In this document: positions 57,901 to 64,000 of the stretch, piece after piece
Layout: every line of letters begins with the position of its first letter
How positions within the stretch are numbered: position 1 is the first letter of the stretch
Origin: Parcubacteria group bacterium GW2011_GWC2_48_17
GTDB lineage: Bacteria; Patescibacteriota; Minisyncoccia; Phycocordibacterales; UBA10002
Direction: 5' to 3'
DNA: 64,000 nt
NCBI GenBank assembly: GCA_001003605.1
Contig: LCPL01000010.1
Span: forward strand, 1,528-65,527
Position numbers and translations under genes: made by a program
Notes under the pieces: model-generated
Told to the model about the DNA's origin: nothing
The model's input: the letters and a program-made list of their open reading frames with translations, nothing else
The model's database searches: none

Positions 57901-59352
57901 AAATTATTTTTTATAGGCTGGTCCGGGAAGGAACTTGGAATGCTCGACGCAATTGCGCTTCTTAAGAAGCATCATGACATTGTGTATGTCGTCGGCGTCA
58001 AGGCGGAGTTTGAGGCGTGTAGAAATGAATTTCCTGGAACTATCTTCCACGACTACATTGACGCTCTTCACGGCGTGCCGCCGGCAGAATTTCAAGCGAA
58101 CATTCAACCCGCTGACGCCGACCTCTTGAAACAACTGTACGAAACCGAATCAATCGTGCTAACGATGATGAACAAGCACTTTGAGCGTAAAACAGTTACC
58201 GAACGGAGATTTCTTTATTATAATTACGTTTCCTATTGGGACGCGACTATCAAAAAATACGCGCCGGATGCCGTTATCTTTCCGACTATTCCGCACACCG
58301 TCTATGACTTCGTGATTTATTCACTCGCGAAACTCTACGGCATAAGGACCATCATGATGGAGCCGACGTGGATTTCCGACCGCGTGGTCATCATGCGCGA
58401 TTATATAAAGGGTCCGGACTTTCTTTATAAAAAGATAGTGCCACCCGCGGATATTTCTTTGGCGAAACTTTCTCCCGATATGCGTAAAGAATATGAACTC
58501 CAAACACGCGGTAACTCCGACGCGACCCCGGTTTTCGTAAAGAACATTAAACATAAGTATTCAGGAATGCGCCTTTTTCGGATTAAACTTCGTTCTCTCT
58601 TTACCACCATCACTGTGCACAAAGACATTCTAGTCGTGTGGAAAGTCTTCACGCGTTTCTTCCGAAGGTTCAGGCCACACCTGCGGAAAGAATACGAGCA
58701 TTTTGCCGTGGCGCCTGATTTCACTACGCCATACGTGTATTTCCCGCTGCATTACCAACCCGAGCGGAATTCTTCGCCGCAAGGCGACATATTCGTTGAC
58801 CAATTGTATTTGGCGAAAGTGCTTGCCTCGTCACTCCCAGCGGGTTGGAGGGTGTATGTAAAAGAGCATCCGACGCAGTGGCTCTATCGCGGCCTTGATT
58901 TTTTCAGTTATCGATTTCGCGGGTACTACGAAGCGCTCGGCAGGATTCCGAATGTGAAAATCGTGCCAATTGATACCGACACCTATACACTGACGGCACG
59001 CTCGCGCGCGGTCGCGACAATTACCGGCACAGCCGGTTTTGAGGCAGTGGTGCGCGGAAAACCTGTTTTGGTGTTCGGATATCCTTGGTATCGCGGGGCG
59101 CCTGGGGTATTTGAGGTAAACAGTCTTGCGTCTTGCCGCAAGGCGCTTCAAGAAATACATGATGGGTTCACGTTCGGCAAAGACGACGTACTCCGCTACC
59201 TTCACCTCTTGGACGCCAATTCATTTCATGGATACATCGACAGGGACGGACAGATTATATCTTCGCTTTCTCCACGCGAAAATGCCGAGAATCTCGCATT
59301 TCATATTTCATCTCTTTTGCAAAATGTCTGGGAACCCTCAAAAACCATATGA
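57898..59352 (+). CDS. capsule-polysaccharide-biosynthesis-like protein, paralog of 32524-34062
   Basis: YVKEHPTQWLYRG...ATITGTAGFEAVVRGKPVLVFGYPWY. Confidence 0.45.
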   Translation: MKLFFIGWSGKELGMLDAIALLKKHHDIVYVVGVKAEFEACRNEFPGTIFHDYIDALHGVPPAEFQANIQPADADLLKQLYETESIVLTMMNKHFERKTVTERRFLYYNYVSYWDATIKKYAPDAVIFPTIPHTVYDFVIYSLAKLYGIRTIMMEPTWISDRVVIMRDYIKGPDFLYKKIVPPADISLAKLSPDMRKEYELQTRGNSDATPVFVKNIKHKYSGMRLFRIKLRSLFTTITVHKDILVVWKVFTRFFRRFRPHLRKEYEHFAVAPDFTTPYVYFPLHYQPERNSSPQGDIFVDQLYLAKVLASSLPAGWRVYVKEHPTQWLYRGLDFFSYRFRGYYEALGRIPNVKIVPIDTDTYTLTARSRAVATITGTAGFEAVVRGKPVLVFGYPWYRGAPGVFEVNSLASCRKALQEIHDGFTFGKDDVLRYLHLLDANSFHGYIDRDGQIISSLSPRENAENLAFHISSLLQNVWEPSKTI

Positions 59353-60056
59353 AAACAATAATTATTCAAGCGCGCATGAATTCTAAGCGCCTTCCAGGGA
59401 AAGTCCTGAAGGACCTTTGCGGCAAGCCGCTCTTGTGGCATGTCGCTGTGCGCGCGAAGAAATCCAAGCTTGCCGACAAAGTGATTGTTGCGACGAGTGC
59501 GGAAAAAAGCGACGACCCCATCGTGGCGCTTTGCGAGAGCGAGGGTGTCAAATGCTATCGCGGCTCTTTGGATAATGTACTCCTGCGATATGTTGGCGCC
59601 GCGCGAGAATCCAAAGCAACGACCATTGTGCGCGTAACGGCCGATTGCCCCCTTATTGACCCGGACATCATTGACAGGTGCATTACGTCATTTGAAACCT
59701 CCGGCGCGGACTATGTAAGCAACGTACACCCCGAACCGAATACATTTCCGCGCGGGTTTGATGTGGAGGTATTTTCTTTGGGAGCATTGGAAAAGGCGGA
59801 AATGGGAGCAAAAGAGACGTACGATAAAGAGCATGTCACCCCATTTATCTTGAAAAACAAAGGAGGGGAGTTTGTGATCGGACCTACGGTAACCGCGTCT
59901 CCAGAATACGCCCGTTCCTACCGGCTGTGCGTGGATTATGAGGAAGATTACGCGCTGATGGAGAGAATATATAAGCAGTTTTATAAAGAAGGGGAGCACA
60001 TCAATGTCCCCGCGCTTTTGACATTTCTGGATGCGCATCCGGAATGGCTCGCGTGA
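59349..60056 (+). CDS. acylneuraminate cytidylyltransferase family (PseF/SpsF-like)
   Basis: IIIQARMNSKRLPGKVL and RVTADCPLIDP. Confidence 0.75.
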   Translation: MKTIIIQARMNSKRLPGKVLKDLCGKPLLWHVAVRAKKSKLADKVIVATSAEKSDDPIVALCESEGVKCYRGSLDNVLLRYVGAARESKATTIVRVTADCPLIDPDIIDRCITSFETSGADYVSNVHPEPNTFPRGFDVEVFSLGALEKAEMGAKETYDKEHVTPFILKNKGGEFVIGPTVTASPEYARSYRLCVDYEEDYALMERIYKQFYKEGEHINVPALLTFLDAHPEWLA

Positions 60057-60063
60057 AGCGGTA

Positions 60064-60687
60064 ATGGTAAGAAACATGATTGTCGTTATTGATTATGGCA
60101 TGGGCAACGTCGGGTCGGTGAAAAACGCGCTTGATTTTTTAGGCGTGGACTCCACACTCTCAAGGAAAGAAGAAGACCTGCGAAGGGCCAGCCATATTAT
60201 TCTGCCTGGCGTCGGGGCGTTCAACGACGGAATGAATAATTTGAAGAATTTTGGCCTCATTCCCGTTTTGAAGGAGGAGGTCCTCAAAAAAAAGAAGCCC
60301 ATGCTCGGCATATGTCTCGGTCTCCAGCTCCTCGCCGAGAAAGGGGAGGAAGGGGGAGACCACGAAGGGCTAGGGATTATCAAAGGCACAGTTCGTCGTT
60401 TTCGCGTGGATTCAAAGAGATTCCGGATTCCTCACATCGGTTGGAACGATGTGTCGCCCGTGGGCGACAACATTCTCTTTAATGGCATTTCGTCAACGAT
60501 TTTTTACTTCGTTCACAGTTTTTTTCTGGAACCGACAAATAAAGACGTGATTGCGGCTACCTGTTCCTATGGCGAGGAGTTTACCGCGGCAATCAGGGAA
60601 AAGAATATATTCGGGACGCAGTTCCATCCGGAGAAGAGCCAGAAGAGCGGTCTAGCGTTATTAAAGAACTTCATAAATTATGCTTAA
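60064..60687 (+). CDS. hisH: HisH-like glutamine amidotransferase (WbuY-type)
   Basis: IVVIDYGMGNVGSV, GICLGLQLL (catalytic Cys) and QFHPEKS. Confidence 0.8.
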   Translation: MVRNMIVVIDYGMGNVGSVKNALDFLGVDSTLSRKEEDLRRASHIILPGVGAFNDGMNNLKNFGLIPVLKEEVLKKKKPMLGICLGLQLLAEKGEEGGDHEGLGIIKGTVRRFRVDSKRFRIPHIGWNDVSPVGDNILFNGISSTIFYFVHSFFLEPTNKDVIAATCSYGEEFTAAIREKNIFGTQFHPEKSQKSGLALLKNFINYA

Positions 60688-61429
60688 AACCCGGGTCATA
60701 CCTTGTCTTACAATCAAGGACCTTCGACTTGTTAAGAGCATAAGATTTTCCGAGCATAGAAATATCGGAAGCTACATCGCGGCCGCCCGTGTATTTAACG
60801 CGCGCGATGTTGACGAAATGCTCGTGCTTGACCTTGATGCAGAGCGCGAGGGGCTTCATCCCAAGCTTATTCAGGACATCGCCAAGGAATGTTTTATGCC
60901 TCTTACCGTTGGCGGAGGAGTAAAAACGCTTGAGGATATTTCTTTGCTGCTTCGGCTCGGAGCCGATAAAGTTTCTATAAATAGCGCCGCGGTTTTGGAC
61001 CCAGAGCTTATTAAAGCGGCCTCGTCTCAATTTGGAAGCCAGTGCGTAGTCGTGTCCATAGACGCGCGCCTTAGGAGCGGCGGCTACGAAGTCTTTACGC
61101 ACGGAGGAAGCAGAAATACAGGCCTATCTCCAGCTTTGTGGGCAAAGGAAGCGGAAATAAGAGGCGCGGGAGAAATTTTCCTCACCTCGATTGACCACGA
61201 CGGTTGCATGGACGGGTACGACCTTTCTTTGGTGAAGAGTGTCGTCGAGGCGGTTTCGCTTCCCGTCATTGCTTCCGGAGGAGCGGGTAACGAAGCGCAC
61301 TGCACGCGCGTTGTAAAGGAAGGCGGAGCATCGGCCGTTTCCGCCGCAAGCATCTTCCAATACACAGAGATTACCCCTAACATGATAAAAGAGGAGCTGG
61401 CAAAATCAGGCGTGGAAGTGAGACTATAA
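60680..61429 (+). CDS. hisF: HisF-like cyclase (WbuZ-type)
   Basis: RVIPCLTIKD...VDEMLVLDLDA...LTVGGGVKT...VIASGGAG. Confidence 0.8.
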   Translation: MLKTRVIPCLTIKDLRLVKSIRFSEHRNIGSYIAAARVFNARDVDEMLVLDLDAEREGLHPKLIQDIAKECFMPLTVGGGVKTLEDISLLLRLGADKVSINSAAVLDPELIKAASSQFGSQCVVVSIDARLRSGGYEVFTHGGSRNTGLSPALWAKEAEIRGAGEIFLTSIDHDGCMDGYDLSLVKSVVEAVSLPVIASGGAGNEAHCTRVVKEGGASAVSAASIFQYTEITPNMIKEELAKSGVEVRL

Positions 61430-61440
61430 TAGAATAGGCT

Positions 61441-62610
61441 ATGCCTAAAACATTCGAGTATTGCAAAAAATGCGTTATGCCAAATACGAAGCCAGACCTT
61501 TTCTTCGACGAAAAGGGCGTGTGTGACGCGTGCCTTTCCGCGAAACTTAAGGAAGCGATTGATTGGGATGGGCGCAAGCGCGAATTTGAAAAGGATATTG
61601 TCGCGGAGTACAAAGGCAAAACGCCTGGGAATTATGACTGCATCATTCCTGTTTCGGGGGGCAAAGACAGCCACTACCAGGTGTACCTCATGAAAGAAGT
61701 GTACAAAATGAATCCGCTTCTTATCTCCTTCGAGTCAAGCTACCGCACGCCGCTTGGACGGAAGAATCTAGACAATATCAGAAAAGCTTTCGGCGTAGAC
61801 CTTATCGTCTTTGAGAAAAACTTTGATGTGTACCGGAAGATGTCAATTGAATCATTCAAGCGGGTAGGAGATGAGTTTTGGCCAAACCATGTAGGCATTT
61901 TTACCGTGCCAGTCAGGTTCGCGGTGCAGATGAAGATACCGCTCATTGTGTGGGGGGAAAATTCCCAGCTTGAATATGGAGGTCCGAAAGCGGCGCGCAT
62001 GGCGAATACTCTTGACCGGCGCTGGCTCGAAGAATTCGGAGGCCTTCTCGGACTTCGCGTTGAAGACATGGTTGGCGTGGAAGGCATCACGCGAAATGAG
62101 CTCCTCCCTTACTTTTATCCTTCTGCGGAGGAACTGCGCGCAGCGGGAATCAAAGGAATCTTCCTCGGGTATTATTTCAAGTGGGACGCTCGCGCGGAGG
62201 TGAAGCTCGTGACGCAGTATGGTTTTTCAGTTAAGAAAGACGGTCCGGTTGAGGGCACATTTACCAATTACGAGAACCTTGATGAAGCATTCCAGTCCGT
62301 TCACGATTATTTGAAATTTGTGAAGTTTGGATTCGGCCGCGCCACCGACCACGCCTCGCTTGATATTAGAAACGGACGTTTGACGCGACAGGAGGGCGTG
62401 GCGCTGGTAAAAAAGTTCGACGGCAAATATCCACAAAAAGGAGCCAAAGCATTTTTGCGTTATTCCGGAATGAGCAAAAAAGAATTCGACAAAATTATTG
62501 ATTCGTTTACCGACAAAGCCCTTTTTATGCTCGGAAGAGACGGAAAACTCTTGCGAGATTCGGGCGGCAACTTGATGAAAAAATATCAAGATTACGGACC
62601 GTGCATCTAA
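61441..62610 (+). CDS. N-acetyl-sugar amidotransferase, PP-loop family (WbuX-type)
   Basis: Zn-ribbon CKKCVMPNTKP...CDAC followed by the PP-loop PVSGGKDS. Confidence 0.7.
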   Translation: MPKTFEYCKKCVMPNTKPDLFFDEKGVCDACLSAKLKEAIDWDGRKREFEKDIVAEYKGKTPGNYDCIIPVSGGKDSHYQVYLMKEVYKMNPLLISFESSYRTPLGRKNLDNIRKAFGVDLIVFEKNFDVYRKMSIESFKRVGDEFWPNHVGIFTVPVRFAVQMKIPLIVWGENSQLEYGGPKAARMANTLDRRWLEEFGGLLGLRVEDMVGVEGITRNELLPYFYPSAEELRAAGIKGIFLGYYFKWDARAEVKLVTQYGFSVKKDGPVEGTFTNYENLDEAFQSVHDYLKFVKFGFGRATDHASLDIRNGRLTRQEGVALVKKFDGKYPQKGAKAFLRYSGMSKKEFDKIIDSFTDKALFMLGRDGKLLRDSGGNLMKKYQDYGPCI

Positions 62611-62625
62611 CGGTTTTAGAAACTT

Positions 62626-63096
62626 ATGAACCTTACGTTACGCAAGGCGAATAAAAGCGATTCGCGGTTTCTGTTTGAGCTTCGAAACGAGGAGGAGGTG
62701 CGGTGCGTTTCAAGGAACACCGCACCGATTGCTTTTTCCGACCATAAGAAATGGTTTGAAAAGAAGCTTGCAAGTTCCGTCAGTCTTATCCTTATCGCCG
62801 AGGAAAATGGGACGCCTATCGCCCAAACAAGATTCGACGCAAAAGGGCAATATGCCGAAGTCAGCGTCGCGGTAGTTTCCGCCTTCCGAGGAAAGGGTTA
62901 CGGAACTAAAATCATCGCTGATGCAACCAAGCTCTTCTTTAAGAAATACACAAAAGTATTCGCCGTACGCGCTTACGCGAATCTAGGAAATGCCGCTTCG
63001 GTTAAGAGTTTCTCCAGAGCCGGTTACCGCCATCTCGGGGAGGTTGACGACGAAGGCACGACTAGGCATCTCCTCGTATTCGAACGATTAAACTGA
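62626..63096 (+). CDS. GNAT family N-acetyltransferase
   Basis: VSAFRGKGYGTKII acetyl-CoA binding motif. Confidence 0.7.
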   Translation: MNLTLRKANKSDSRFLFELRNEEEVRCVSRNTAPIAFSDHKKWFEKKLASSVSLILIAEENGTPIAQTRFDAKGQYAEVSVAVVSAFRGKGYGTKIIADATKLFFKKYTKVFAVRAYANLGNAASVKSFSRAGYRHLGEVDDEGTTRHLLVFERLN

Positions 63097-63756
63097 CTCC
63101 TTGATGAGATAGGCTGGGGGCGTATTTGCAAACGCAAGGGAGCGAAGATGTATGCTTTTCCCCTTGAAGTATTCATGCACGGCATCAGATTCGCCGTGCC
63201 CGCGCACGCCGTATTCGTCAAAGACCACGATACCGCCGGGGGAGACGAGCGGATATAGATTTTTGAGAATAGCGAGCGTTCCTTCGTAATTGTCAACATC
63301 AAGATAGAGGAGCGCGATTCGAAATCCCAGATTTTTTTCAGCGTACGCTTTGGTGGTTTTCGCGACATCGCCCGCGACAAGTTCAACATTCTCAATACCC
63401 ATCGCGCGCAGGTTCGCAAGAATACTTTCCTTGTCGGCCAGCTTTTTGTCGTGCATGTCGAGTACTTTCTTGTCTTCTCTTCGTTTGAACGAAATGTCCC
63501 GCGCCGCGTCAAAGAAATCAAACCCCACGATTTTTCGCCCCGTGTGCGGTGTGAGGAGCCGGGAAATTTTCCCAAACGTATAGATTCCGCTTCCTTTGAA
63601 CACTCCGCACTCCACGATATCTCCTGGGACGGTACCCACCATCTTCAAGAGTTCATATCTTGCGAGGATTTTTTGCAAACGATCCACTCCGGTCTTCGCG
63701 AGAAATTCGTCGTAGAGAGCAAGATTTTTATTGACACTCGATTTGTCTTTGGACAT
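63088..63756 (-). CDS. TylF/MycF-like sugar O-methyltransferase (class I SAM MTase)
   Basis: GDIVECGVFKGSG...LLYLDVDNYEGTLAIL...IVVFDEYG. Confidence 0.65.
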   Translation of the reverse strand: MSKDKSSVNKNLALYDEFLAKTGVDRLQKILARYELLKMVGTVPGDIVECGVFKGSGIYTFGKISRLLTPHTGRKIVGFDFFDAARDISFKRREDKKVLDMHDKKLADKESILANLRAMGIENVELVAGDVAKTTKAYAEKNLGFRIALLYLDVDNYEGTLAILKNLYPLVSPGGIVVFDEYGVRGHGESDAVHEYFKGKSIHLRSLAFANTPPAYLIKESV

Positions 63757-63850
63757 GAAAGTATCGTATTATATTTCACGCTTCTTTACAAGAATCAGTC
63801 TCCAAACAAACGTTACTTTTACGGCTGTTTCTAGGTTGTAATATCGCTAT

Positions 63851-64000
63851 ATGGCAAAACCTAAAATACTTATATTGGGAGGAGCAGGATACGTCGGCGG
63901 GCATATGACCGACCTATTTATCGCAAAAGGATACGCTGTGACTGTCTATGATTCTCTTCTTTATGAGTCAAGATTCTTGAAGGACGTCCCATTCATCCGG
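63851..64000 (+). CDS. NAD-dependent epimerase/dehydratase, N-terminal fragment (runs off the window)
   Basis: KILILGGAGYVGGHM Rossmann motif. Confidence 0.5.
   Translation, partial: MAKPKILILGGAGYVGGHMTDLFIAKGYAVTVYDSLLYESRFLKDVPFIR

Noticed and set aside
1-64000. CRISPR arrays, tRNA or rRNA genes, IS elements and transposases
   Set aside because: No regularly spaced direct repeats, no cloverleaf-like conserved segments, and no DDE or HTH transposase-like ORFs were seen. Every long ORF is accounted for by glycan-pathway or DGR functions.

Overview
This window is an almost continuously coding, mostly plus-strand glycan-biosynthesis island of about 64 kb. It carries genes for at least four nucleotide-sugar routes. 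The dTDP route has rfbA/rfbB, two paralogous C-methyltransferases, two FkbM methyltransferases, a TylF-like O-methyltransferase and DegT aminotransferases. The GDP route has gmd plus a cupin. The CDP-dideoxyhexose route has RfbG-like and RfbH-like genes. The CMP-nonulosonic acid route has PseB/PseC-like genes, an acetyltransferase, NeuB- and NeuC-like genes, two cytidylyltransferases and a WbuX/HisH/HisF acetamidino triad. Around these sit many GT2/GT4/GT47-like glycosyltransferases, an MBOAT/DltD-like O-acylation pair, an ABC exporter and two large paralogous polytopic membrane proteins. Embedded at 4.0-6.7 kb is a complete diversity-generating retroelement (DGR). It has a reverse transcriptase, an Avd-like four-helix-bundle gene, and a 125-bp template repeat (TR) whose variable-repeat copy at the 3' end of a small C-type-lectin-like target gene differs at 17 positions, every one an adenine in the TR. 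The window also holds several families of repeated intergenic structures: a 3-copy A/C-rich and G/T-rich bipartite element, two roughly 150-nt elements with terminal inverted repeats that swallow the start codon, a CCAAGAGTCWGACTCTTGG palindrome in 3 copies, and perfect 14-19 bp hairpins at gene ends. No rRNA, tRNA or CRISPR array was seen. Taxon cannot be fixed from sequence alone. Gene overlaps and the hairpin-rich, T-run-poor terminators are compatible with a small-genome uncultivated bacterium.
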